Of a DNA stretch of 64,000 nucleotides, positions 1-13,617 are shown piece after piece. This DNA comes from the human T2T-CHM13v2.0 reference genome, Homo sapiens. The notes below the pieces were generated by a model, which searched no databases, was not told the DNA's origin, and saw nothing but the letters and a program-made list of their open reading frames with translations. The stretch lies in assembly GCF_009914755.1 (NCBI RefSeq), contig NC_060937.1; one strand, given 5' to 3'. A program made the position numbers and the translations under genes. Within the stretch, counting starts at the first letter, position 1; each line of letters opens with the position of its first letter.

Positions 1-2419
1 AAAATTAAACCTATCTACATATTAGAAATATATTTTAATTCACCCATGCCTCCACTGTACTATAAAATGAATAGAGAAAATTTTTATTTACTGGCTTAAG
101 AAATCAATACTACATATTCAACTGATGTACTACTGCTTAATGAGCAATTACAGAATTCACAATCTTGATGTTTCCTTGCAAAAGAAGTGGTAATACATAG
201 CACAAAGAACCTCTTTAAAAATTAGTCACTGATCAAACACAATCTTTTTATAGCTTCTGTAACATCTAATTAATTTTGTAAATTTTCTTGAGCATTACAC
301 TATAATTAACTTGCATCAGGTTTTCCCTGTAACTTACATTTTTTATGATTTATTTCCAGTAGAAGTCTGAACATGCCTGTGAAAACCATCCGTCATGTCC
401 TTCCTTTCACCCATCATGCTAGTCTTTCCTGTCCATGAGACACAGGCAAGTAGCTGTGGGCCTAAAGAAGGGCTGCATCCAATGAGCTGGTGGGTTTGGG
501 GTTGGGTCTGGGCACCAACCTCACATGTTGACAGAGGTCTGGACGGTGAGGGACAAGTCCATGTTCCATTAGCTCCATTCCTTTCTGCCCAGGGCTCCAC
601 TGCTCCTTGTCTGCTGCTATCTCCTCCATGTTGCAAATAGGATTCTCGCCTCCCCTGGGCCACTCTGGTAGGCTCTCGAACTCAGGAACTCTGAGTCCCT
701 TAAAAAACTGCTTACTAAGAACTAAAGGTGATGAATACACTAACAGGAAGAAGCAACCTTCTATGACTTGCCCCTCTTTATATAACTCCATCAAAAAAGG
801 ATGCAAAGTTACCTACAAATGCTACAACGAGAAGAACTGGAAACCCTGTTAAAAAACACTGTATGGCCATGCAGGGTCCTGAGAGAAAATTCCACAAATG
901 TCCATCTGTCTCCTTGTTTTAAGATTCAATTGTGTGCATGGGTTTGTTTGTGTACGTGTGTTGAGAGAAGTGTGTATAGATGGATGGATAGATTTGTTTA
1001 CATGCCTGTGCATGTGTATATACTTCTATGCACACTTACGCATACATGTGTCTTTATTTATTTATAACTCACTTTTCGTAGATACGTGCCTCCTTGGTTC
1101 CTCCTGTCAGTTCACTTGTGTGGGGACTAGAGGATGATAAAAGAATACAGTCAGACAGGTGACATAATTCGAAATTTACTTTTCGGGAAAAACTAGCTTT
1201 CATTACTCTAAACATAAACTGGTTAATTTCTGACTATTCATGTGTACAGCACTATGTGGACCTGAAATATCATTTTTTATCAGAAATCAGGATTTATATG
1301 ATGGCTACCACCATCTTAGGATGGAGAAAATAGTAATGCTTCCAGATTTAAGTAAACCTTTTCATTACAACCTCATCCCAATGTGTGACAGCCTTTGTGG
1401 TGGCAGTTATTTCAAACTCAACTCCAATTTTTAGGTAGTCAGCCCTCTTAATCCATTGAATGTCCTGCTTCAAAAATCCTCCATTACCTTGTTACTTTCA
1501 CCCAGCATGGGCGTCTCCCCCAGCCCCAAAAAATGCATCAAGTAACTAAAGGTTTTTCACAGGCGCACAACCTGATATGGTGGTGATATAAGGTCCGGAG
1601 CACCAGCCTCCATGGTGGCAGAGTTCTGGAGGCTGGAGAACACCTCCAAGTCTCTTAGCTCTGTTCCTTTCTGCTGAGGACTTCACAGTTACCCGAGTAC
1701 TCCTACCTCTTCCTTGCTCCAAATAGGATTTTCTCTTCCCTCGGCCCACTCTAGTATGTCTCATACACAGAAAATGAGTTTTCAAGGCATTTGGCTGCTA
1801 CTAACAAATGGTGAAAAGACAGTAACAGCCGGATACTCTGTTCCTCTTTTATCCAAAACAATTGTAAAAATGTGGATGTTTAACTATAGGTGCTACAGTG
1901 AGAAGATGAACTGTGTCCAAGACACTCTGTATTGCCATGGACACTCCTGAGAGCAAATCCCACTAATCTGAATATCTTTCTCTGTCACTGTTTTGTTTGT
2001 GTGTACATCCTTTATAACTCACATGTCATGGGTGTCTCTATCAATGATGACTTCCACCAGGTCAACAGGATGGGGACTGTGGGAAAAACATGATCAGAGT
2101 CAGACAGGACACATTATTCTAATGTTTTGAATCAAAGAGCTACACTAACTCTATGAGTGATTCCTTGCATACACTTATTGAACTGGGATGAAATTTTTTC
2201 TTATTAGAAATGAGGTTTTATGTGCCAACAGTGAATATCTTGGGCTGTGAACATAGCGATGCATCCAGATTAAGTAACTGCATCTTCACCTCAATGTGTA
2301 ACAACCTTTTTCGAGGGCAGTTAATTCCAGTTCAACTTTAGTTTTAAGTCCCCTTCTTATAATTTCATCTGAGTACCTCATTCTCTATCACCTCCTCAGT
2401 TTTCACCCATCCTAGTTGT

Positions 2420-3501
2420 TATCGGGGGAACCTGCCCCCAGTATGTCAACATAGATTCTTTTCTATTTTCCCTAAGTGTCAGCCAGTCTGAGAAATAAAG
2501 AGAAAGAGTACAAAGAGAGAAATTTTACAGCTGGGGCTCCAGGGCTGACATCACATGTTGGCAGGTTCAGTGATGCCTCCTGAGCCGCAAAACCAGCAAG
2601 TTTTTATTAGGGATTTCAAAAGGGGAGGGGGGTATGAACAGGGAGTAAGTTACAAGATCACATGCTTGAAAGGCCAATAAAAGATCACAAGGGAAGACAG
2701 GCAGAGCAAGATCACAAGGCCAGGGCGAAATTAGAATTATTGATGAGGTTCCATGTCCCACTGGGCACCCATTGTCACTGATAAACATCTTAACAGGAAA
2801 CAGAGTTCCAGAGCAGACAACAGGTCCGACTAGAATTCGCCAGGCTGGAATTTCCTAATCCTAGCAAGCCTGAGGGCACTGCAGGAGACCAGGGCGTATT
2901 TCATCCCTTATCTTCAACTGCGTAAGACAGACACTCCCAGAGCGGCCATTTATAGACCTCTCCCTGGGAATGCATTCCTTTCCCAGGGTTATTCCTTGCT
3001 GGGAAAAGAATTCAGTGATACTTCTCCTACTTGCTTTCTCCAAGAAGAGAAATAAGACTCTGTTCTGCCCGGCCCCGCAGGCAGTCAGACCTTATAGTTA
3101 TCTCCTTTGTTCCCTGAAAATCGCTGTTAGCCTGTTCTTTTCTAGGATGCCAAGATTTCATATTGTTCAAACACACATGTTTTACAAACAATTTGCAAAG
3201 ATAATGCAATCATCACAGGACCCTGGGGCGACCTACCTTCTCAGCTTACGAAGATGACGGGATTAAGAGATTAAAGTAAATACAGGCATAGGAAATTATA
3301 AGAGTATTGACTAGGGAAGTGATAAATGTCCATGAAATCTTCATAATTTATGTTCAGAGACTGCAGTAAAGACAGGCAGAATAAATTATAAAAGTATTAA
3401 TTTGGGGAACTAATAAATGTCCATGAAATCTTCATAACTTATGTTCTTCTGCCACAGCTTCAACCAGTCCCTCCACTCAGGGTCCCTGATTTCCAGCAAC
3501 A
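2420..3501 (-). mobile_element. Solo MER11 LTR (HERV-K11/HML-8 family)
   Basis: Minus strand starts TGTTGCTGGAAATCAGGGACC and ends CCCCCGATA, like MER11; 1082 bp; 6-bp TSD agttgt at 2414-2419 and 3502-3507. Confidence 0.93.
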
Positions 3502-4172
3502 AGTTGTCTTTCCTGCCCAAGAGTTACGGCCAAGTAGCTGCAGGCCTCAAGCAAGGGCTTCATCCCATGTGATGGTGGGTATGGGCCAAGGGAGTCAGCC
3601 TCACATTATGGCAGAGCTCTGGAGGGTGTGAAATATTTCCAGGGTTATTAGCTCTGTTCTCTTTTTTTGCTGGTGTTTCTCTGCTCTTTGTCCACTCCTA
3701 TCACTTTCTAACTCCAAGGAGGATTTGCTTCTCTCTTGGTCCACACTACTGGAACAGTCTCATTCCCACAGAAAGGAAAGGTGACAATCACTCACATAAT
3801 AAGCCTCCCTCTATGAGTTCTTCCCCATTTTCCTACCTCCATTCAAAAAGCAAAAGACTATTCCGTACAAAGCTCATCCTGAGAGGGCTCTGGAAATAGT
3901 TTCAAGGGAACTCCTTGTTCCCATGGATGCTCCTGACAGTGAATAGCCCAAATCGCAATCTCTCTAGTGTATATGAATGCATGGATGTGTGTGTTTGTAT
4001 ATGCATATATACATATACAATTGTATTCATGTCACATGTTGCAATGGACAGCCTATTAGAAGATACTTTCAGTTCACACACAGCGCAGTGCTAAAGAACT
4101 TAAAACGTTTATAGTAAGACAACATGTAACTTCCTACACTTAACATTTTCAGTTCAATGTAGTTTGCATTAA

Positions 4173-4482
4173 TTTTCTTTTTCTTTATTTTTTTTTTTCT
4201 TTCGAGACAGAGTCTCACTCTGTCACCCACACTGGAGTCCGGTGGCATGATCTCGACTAACTACAAACTCTGCCTCCCAGGTTCAAGTAATTCTCCTGCC
4301 TCAGCCTCCCGAGTAGCAGGGACTACAGGCGCATGCCCCACGCCTGGCTAATTTTTGTATTGTTAGTAAAGACAGGGTTTCACCATGTTGATCAGGCTAG
4401 TCTTGAACTCCTGACCTCGTGATCCACCCGACTTGACCACCCAAAGCACTGGGACCACAGGTATCAGCCAACGCGCCTGGCC
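4173..4482 (-). mobile_element. Alu (S-type) in unit C1
   Basis: polyT plus dimeric Alu body. Confidence 0.95.
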
Positions 4483-6376
4483 TTCCAATTACTTTTCAGC
4501 CTGTAAACTGCTCTACCCTACAGAATTCACGTGTGTATTTGGTTCTTTGGAATCAGCCATGCCATTTACCCTACACATCATACTTTCTATGATTACAGCA
4601 CACATTTTACACCTATCCAAGACTCACTGACTCAAGAGTTAACCAAAACTCTCTACCACCGGAGCTGACCAATGCATGACAGCCTCTTGTGGGTGAATTT
4701 CTTTTAAATTCAACTCCACTGTGTAAGCAGTCATCCCTCTAATCCCATCTATGGCCCCCTTCCTGGATCTCTCCATCACGTCTTTCCTTTCACCCATCAT
4801 GCTAGTCTTTCCCGTCCATGAGACACAGGCAACTAGCTGCGAACCTAAGGAAGAGCAGCATCCAATGAGGTGCGTGCCAGTGTTTGTTTTTTAGCACCAA
4901 CCTCATATGTTGACAGAGCTCAGGAGTGTGAGGGACAAGTCCATGTTCCATTAGCTCCATTCTTTGCCCAGGGCTTCACACTCCTTGTCGGCTGCTATCT
5001 CCTCCATGCTGCAAATAGGATTCTCTCCTCCCTTGTGTCAATCTGGTAGGCTCTCAAACTCAGGAAAACTGAGTCCTTTAAGAAGCTGCTTAGTAGGAAC
5101 TAAGGGTGACAAATACACCAACAAGAAGTCGCAGCTCTCCTATGACTGGCTCCTTTTTATACAACTACATTAGAAAAGGATGCAGTGTTACCTACAAAGG
5201 CTACCATGAGAAGAATTGCAAACCCTGTTAAAAACCACTCTCTGTGGCCATGCAGGCTTCTAGAAGAAACTCCACATATGTCCATCCGACTCCTTATTTT
5301 ATGTTTCCATTGTGTGCATGGGTTTGTTAGTGGACGTGTCTTGAGAGAAGTGGGGATGGATGGATGGATGCATGGATGGATTGATGGATATATTTGTTTC
5401 TGTGCCTGTGTGTGTGTGACTACTTCTATGCACAGTTATGCATACGTGTGTCTTTATTTGTCTAAATATAACTCACCTTTCATTGATACGTGCCTCTGGG
5501 TTTGCTGTTGTCAATTCATTCGTGGGTAGACTAGAGGATGATAAAAGAATACAGTCAGACAGGAGACACAATTTGAAATTGACTTTTCTGGAGAAAATAG
5601 CTTTCATTACTCTGCACATAAACCAGTGAAGTTCTGACTATGCATGTGTATAGCACTATTTGGTTCTGAAATGTCATTTTTTTTTCATTAGAAAGGAGGA
5701 TTTGTATGATGGCAACCAGCATCTTAGGCTGGGGAAAACAGTAATGCTTCCAGATTTAAATAAACTTCTTTATTATGACCTCAGTCCCAATGCGTGTCAG
5801 TCTTTGTGGTGGCAGTTATTTCAAACTCAACTTTTGTTTGGAGGTAGTCAGCCCTCTTATTTCATTGAATGTCCTGTTTCAAAGGCCCTCCATTACCTCC
5901 ATACTTTCAACCAGCATGGCTGTCTCCCCAGCCCCACAAACAGAGTCAAGTCACTAGAGGTCTGACATAGGGGCACAATCCAATACGATGGTGACAGGAG
6001 GTTTGCAGCACCAGCCTCCATGGTGCCAGAGCTCTGGAGGCTGGAGAACACCTCCTAGGCTCTTAGCTTTGTTCCTTTCTGCTGAGGGCTTCACAGTTCC
6101 CTGAGTACTCATACCTTCTCCTTGCTCCAAATAGGAGTCTCTATTCCTGCAGCCCACTCCAGTATGCCTCATACACAGAAAATCTGAGTTTCCAAGGCAT
6201 TTCACTGTTACTAACCAAGGGTGAGAAGACAGTAACAGATGGAAGCCTCTCTCTATGTCTGTTTCTCTTTCTAAACAACTGTAAAAATATGGAAGTTACC
6301 TATACGTGATACAGTGAGACGATAAAGAAATGGTGTCAAAGATATGCTGTAATACCGTCAACACTCCTGAGAGTGA

Positions 6377-6734
<358 letters not shown>

Positions 6735-7836
6735 ATGTGTACATCTTTTATAACGTACCTGTCATCGGTGGATTGATCAATAATGACTGCCGCCATTTCA
6801 TTCGGATAGGGATTAAAGGACAAATATGGTCAGAGTCAGACACAATGCGTCATTCTAATGTTTTGCAACAAATAGCTACAGTTAGTCTGTGAGTTACTCC
6901 CCGGTTACACTTTGATTATTCACATGCATGTATATCACTAAATGGACCTGAGATGGCATTTCTTTTTTTTATTAGAAATGAGGATTTATATGCCAACAGT
7001 GAGTATCTTAGGCTGTGAACATATGGATCCATCCAGACGAAGTAACTGTATCTACACCTCAATTTATAACAGCATTTTTGGAGGGCATTTAATTCCAGTT
7101 CAACTTTAGTTTGTAGGTCCCCCTTCTTAAAATCCCATCTGATTTCCTCCTTCTCTATCACCTCCAATCACCTCCTCAATTTGCACCCATCCTAGTAGTC
7201 TTTCCTCCGAAGAGTTACGGCCAAGTAGCTGAAGGCCTCAAGCAAGGGCTTCATCCCATGTGATGGTGGGTATGGGCCAAGGGAGTCAGCCTCACATTAT
7301 GGCAGAGCTCTGCAGGGTGGGAAAAACTTCGAGGGTTATTAGCTCTGTTCTTTTTTTTTGCAGGGGTTTCTCTGCTCTTTGTCCCCTCCTATCTCCTTCT
7401 CGCTCCAAGCAGGATTCACTTCTCCGTTGGTCCACACTACAAGTACACTCATTCCCACAGAAAGGAAAGGTGACAAACACTCACATAATAAGCCTCCCCC
7501 TATGAGTCCTTCCCCATGTTCCCACCTCCATCCAAAAAGCATAAGAATATTCCTTAAAAAGCTCATCCTGAGAAGACTCTGGAAATAGTTTCAAGGCAAC
7601 TCCTTGTAGGCATGGATGCTCCTGACAGTGAATAGCCCAAATCTCTTTCTCTCGTGTGTGTATGAATGCATGGATGTGTGTGTTTGTATATGCATATATA
7701 CATGTATAATTGTATTCCTTTATATCACATGTTGCAATGGACAGCCTACTGGAAGACACTCTCAGTTCACTCACAGCGCAGTGCCCAAGAACTTAAAACG
7801 TACACAGTAAGACAACATGTAACTTCCTAGACTTAA

Positions 7837-8185
<349 letters not shown>

Positions 8186-10075
8186 TTCCAATTACTTTTC
8201 AACCTGTAAACTGCTGGATCCTACGGAATTCACATGTGTATTTGGTTCTTTGGAATCTGCCATGCCATTTACCCTACACATCATACTTTCTACGATTGCA
8301 GCACACATTTTACACCTATCCAAGACTCACTGACTCAAGAGTTAACCAAACTCTGTACCACCGGAGCTGACCAATGCATGACAGCCTTTTGTGGGTGAAT
8401 TTATTTTAAATTCAACTTCACTGTGTAGGCAGTCATCCTTTTAATCCCATCTATGGCCCCCCTCCTGGATCTCTCCATCATGTCTTTCCTTTCACCCATC
8501 ATGTTAGTCTTTCCCATCCATGAGACACAGGCAACTAGCTGCGGGCCTGAGGAAGAGCAGCATCCAATGAGGTGGTGTACTTGTGTTTGTGTTTTAGCAC
8601 CAACCTCACATGTTGACAGAGCTCAGGAGTGTGAGGGACAAGTCCATGTTCCATTAGCTCCATTCTTTGCCCAGGGATTCTCTGCTCCTTGTCGGCTGCC
8701 ATCTCCTTCATGTTGCAAATAGGATTCTCTCCTCCCTTGTGTCAACCTGGTAGGCTCTCAAACTCAGGAAAACTGAGTCCTTTAAGAAGCTGCTTAGTAG
8801 GAACTAAGGGTGACAAATACACCAACAAGAAGTCGCAGCTCTCCTATGACTGGCTCCTTTTTATACAACTACATTAGAAAAGGATGCAGTGTTACCTACA
8901 AAGGCTACCATGAGAAGAACTGCAAACCCTGTTAAAAACCACTCTCTGTGGCCATGCAGGCTTCTAGAAGAAACTCCACATATGTCCATCCGTCCTACTG
9001 TATGTTTCCATTGTGTGCATGGGTTTGTTAGTGGATGTGTCTTGAGAGAAGTGGGGATGGATGGATGCATGGGTGAATGGATGGACATATTTGTTTCTGT
9101 GCCTGTGTGTGTGTGACTACTTCTATGCACAGTTATGCATACGTGTGTCTTTATTTGTCTAAATATAACTCACCTTTCATTGATACGTGCCTCTGGGTTT
9201 GCTGTTGTCAATTCATTTGTGGGTGGACTAGAGGATGATAAAAGAATACAGTCAGACAGGAGACACAATTTGAAATTGACTTTTCTGGAGAAACTAGCTT
9301 CCATTACTCTGCACATAAACCAGTGAAGTTCTGACTATGCATGTGTATAGCACTATTTGGTTCTGAAATGTCATTTTTTTTTTCATTAGAAAGGGGGATT
9401 TATATGATGGCAACCAACATCTTAGGCTGGGGAAAATAGTAATGCTTCCAGCTTTAAAAAAACTTCGTTATGACCTCTGTCCCAATGCGTGTCAGTCTTT
9501 GTGGTGGCAGTTATTTCAAACTCAATTTTGTCTGGAGGTAGTCAGCCCTCTTATTTCATTGAATGTCCTGTTTCAAAGGCCCTCCATTACCCCCTTACTT
9601 TCAACCAGCATGGGTGTCTCCCCAGTCCCACAAACAGAGTCAAGTCACTAGAAGTCTGACACAGGGGCACAATCCAATACGACACTGATAGCAGGTTTGG
9701 AGCACCAGCCTCCATGGTGCCAGAGTTCTGGAGGCTGGAGAACACCTCCTAGGCTCTTAGCTTTGTTCCTTTCTGCTGAGGGCTTCACGGTTCCCCGAGT
9801 ATGCGTACCTTCTCCTTGCTCCAAATAGGAGTCTCTATTCCCGTGGCCCACTCCAGTATGTCTCAGACACAGAAAATCTGAGTTTCCAAGGCATTTCACT
9901 GTTACTAACCAAGGGTGAGAAGACAGTAACAGACGGAAGCCTCTCTCTATAGTGTGTTTCTCTTTCTTTCTAAACAACTGTAAAAATATGAAAGTTACCT
10001 ATACGTGATACAGTGAGACGATAAAGAAATGGTGTCAAAGATACGCTGTAATACCGTCAACACTCCTGAGAGTGA

Positions 10076-10450
<375 letters not shown>

Positions 10451-11561
10451 TAATGCACCTGTCATCGGTGGGTCGATCAATAATGACTCCCACCAGGTCA
10501 TTCGGATAGGGATTAAAGGACAAATATGGTCAGAGTCAGACACAATGCGTCATTCTAATGTTTTGCAACAAATAGCTACAGTTAGTCTATGAGTTATTCC
10601 CCAGTTGCACTTTGATTATTCACACGTATTATATCACTAAAAGGACCTGAGATGGCATTTTTTTTTATTAGAAATGAGGTTTTATGTGCCAACAGTGAGT
10701 ATCTTAGGCTGTGAACATATCGATCCATCCAGACTAAGTAACTGTATCTACACCTCAATGTATAACAGCATTTTTGGAGGGCATTTAATTCCAGTTCAAC
10801 TTTAGTTTGTAGGTCCCCTTCTTAAAATCCCATCCGAGTTCCTCCTTCTCTATCACCTCCAATCACCTCCTCAATTTGCACCCATCCTACTAGTCTTTCC
10901 TGCCCAAGAGTTATAGCCAAGTAGCTGCAGGCCTCAAGCAAGGGCTTCATCCCATGTGATGGGGGGTATGGGCCAAGGGAGTCAGCCTCACATTATGGCA
11001 GAGCTCTGGAGGGTGTGAAATGCTTCCAGGGTTGTTAGCTCCGTTCTTTTGTTTGCTGGGGTTTCCCTGCTCTTTGTCCCCTCCTATCTCCTTCTCACTC
11101 CAAGCAGGATTCACTTCTCCCTTGGTCCATACTACGAGTACACTCTCATTCCCACAGAAAGGAAAGGTGACAATCACTCACATAATAAGCCTCCCTCTGA
11201 GTTCTTCCCCATTTTCCTGCCTCCATCCAAAAAAGCAAAAGTATATTCCGTACAAAGCTCACCCTGAGAAGACTCTAGAAATAGTTTCAAGGAAACTCCT
11301 TGTTCCCATGGATGCTCCTGACAGTGAATAGTCCAAATCTCTTTCTCTCGTGTGTGTATGAATGCATGGATGTGTGTGTTTGTATATTCATATGTACACG
11401 TACAATTGTATTCCTTTATATCACATGTTGCAATGGACAGCCTACTGGAAGACACTCTCAGTTCACACACAGAGCAGTGCCAAAGAACTTAAAACGTACA
11501 TAGTAAGACAACATGTAACTTCCTAGACTTAATGTTTTCCGTTTAAACTAGTTCCAATTAC

Positions 11562-11884
11562 TTTTCTTTTGCTTGCTTTGTTTTTGTGTTGTTTTTTTTT
11601 TTGAGACAGAGTCTCGCTCTGGGGCCCAGGCTGGAGTGCAGTGGCGCGATCTCGGCTCACTGCAACCTCGGCCTCCCAAGTTCAAGGCAAGTTCTCCTGC
11701 CTCAGCCTCACAAATAGCAGGGACTACAGGCACGCACCACCACGCTTGGCTAATTTTTGTATTTTTCATAGAGATGGGGTTCCGCCATGTTGGCCAGGCT
11801 GGTCTTGAATTACTAACCTCATGATACACCCGCCCTGGCCTCCCAAAGTGCTGGGACTACAGGCGTCAGCCACCATGCCCAGCC
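11562..11884 (-). mobile_element. Alu at end of unit C3 (array junction)
   Basis: Alu body; left flank matches the C-unit TSD, right flank does not. Confidence 0.95.
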
Positions 11885-12039
11885 AGGAAAGTCTTTTGAC
11901 ATACACACCAGCATTTCCTTTTGTAGCATCCTTGGGCCATATTAAAGGCATTGTTAAGCTGGCATTGCATGAAGTGTATAGAAAATAACAGTAATTTGGG
12001 GAGACAATAGTAACAACAGCAGCACTTCTTTTATTTAAA

Positions 12040-12260
12040 TGTAGAAAATTAATTAAAATACAAAAAAATATTTTTGTGAATATATTTATAATCTTAGGAT
12101 AGGAAAGAAGTTTCTGAGTATAACAGAAACAGCATTAGTCATAAAAGTAGCAATTATATCTGAACACATGAAGCTTATTATAAAGTTCTATGTAAGGGTG
12201 CTGTATTTTACTCTAAACACCAAATGTAAAAACATATTACAGATTTGCCACATGGAGTGG
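12040..12260 (+). mobile_element. Old L1 (L1ME-like) fragment
   Basis: A-rich degenerate L1 ORF2-end-like sequence. Confidence 0.4.
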
Positions 12261-13599
12261 AGATACGACCAATGTATTTGAACATCAAAATTCCTTGAAT
12301 CTGAAGGATATGGTAAATATGACTTAGCTCACTTAAGACCTAACTTTTTAGAAAGAATTTTAGAATCAGTGTCCAGAACACTATTTTCCCATGAATAATT
12401 CTGAGACCAATTTTCAGGAACCTGAATTCCTCCCATCTCCAATATATATTATCACATCACCTTTCATTGTTAGCTCCAGCACAGATTTCTGATGTCAATT
12501 CATTGGGATCAGTGCAAAGGATTAAAAGCAAACAGGAAGAAACAACATAAATTCATACACTCCTTTTTTTTTTTTTTTTTTGGTTCAAATTGGCTATGAC
12601 TGTGCTACAAATTGCAATGTGTTGTCCCTAAAAAATTCTCATGTAAATCTGTTACTTGGCACCTGGTACTTCATTTTTCTCCAGAAAGAAGTCTCTATGT
12701 GTTAGTAATATAAATTGTTTAGGACTCTCCAGAAAGTTTAATGAATCAAAATTTAAGTACAATTCTTTATTACTGAACCTGATCATTATGTGTGACAGCA
12801 AATTGAACCGAAATTTGCTTCAAATTCATGTTCCATTTGAAGGCACACATCGTTCTTGCCCATTTTGATTTCCTAATTCTCAAGTCCCTCCACCATGTGA
12901 CTCATGCTCTTCATGAGTCACAGGTATCTTTGCTTCCCCTCAAATAGGATCAAGTGACTAAACCTGAGGCAGGGGCTCCATCCAATGTGATGATGGCTTT
13001 GGGTTTGGGCACCAGCTCTGAAGGGTGAGGGACAGATACAGGGTCTCTTAGCTCTTTTCTTTCTGCTAAGGGCTATTCTGCTGCCTGTCCAATGCTACCA
13101 CCACCTTTTTCCAAGTAGGATTCTCTCCTCTCTTGAATTGCTCTTGATAGAGTCTCATACACAGGCATTCTGATAGTCTCCTAAGGGTTTTGGCTGCCAA
13201 TTACTAAGAGTCACAAACAATCTTCAAGTACCAAATGTCCCTCTTCTGACCTGACCTTATTTTTTCCACATAGGTTCAAAAACAACGCTACCTAAAGATG
13301 CTTAAACTCTCTTATGGAAAGCTGTTTTTGCCATTGATGCTGCCAGCATTTTTCACCACTTAGATCAGTCAACTCACCCATTGTGGTCATAGTTGTCAGA
13401 GCATATGGTAGACGCTGGTAATGAATCCAGAATTCTACCAAAGAGTAAAAAGCACATACAAAAAATAAAGTCAGATATTTTGGAAGGCAATCAGGATGTT
13501 AATCTCGACAGTATTTCAGGACATGAAAAATAAAATCAGAGGAATTTTGACAGGAACTAAACAAACAATTTCAGGGCAAAACACTAGTACTTCTGAGAC

Positions 13600-13617
13600 T
13601 GTGTGTGTGTGTGTGTG
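13600..13617. repeat. (TG)n microsatellite
   Basis: Direct reading. Confidence 0.9.

Larger units (their letters stand above)
385..4482. repeat. Higher-order repeat copy 1 (A1-B1-C1)
   Basis: Collinear with copies 2 and 3; carries a private MER11 insertion and lacks the B-unit Alu. Confidence 0.88.

Noticed and set aside
2040-2160. Box C motif ATGATGA (tcaatgatgacttcc) suggesting a SNORD115/116-like array
   Set aside because: Mutated to ATAATGA in B2 and B3, absent in other subtypes, and no properly placed box D or terminal stem.
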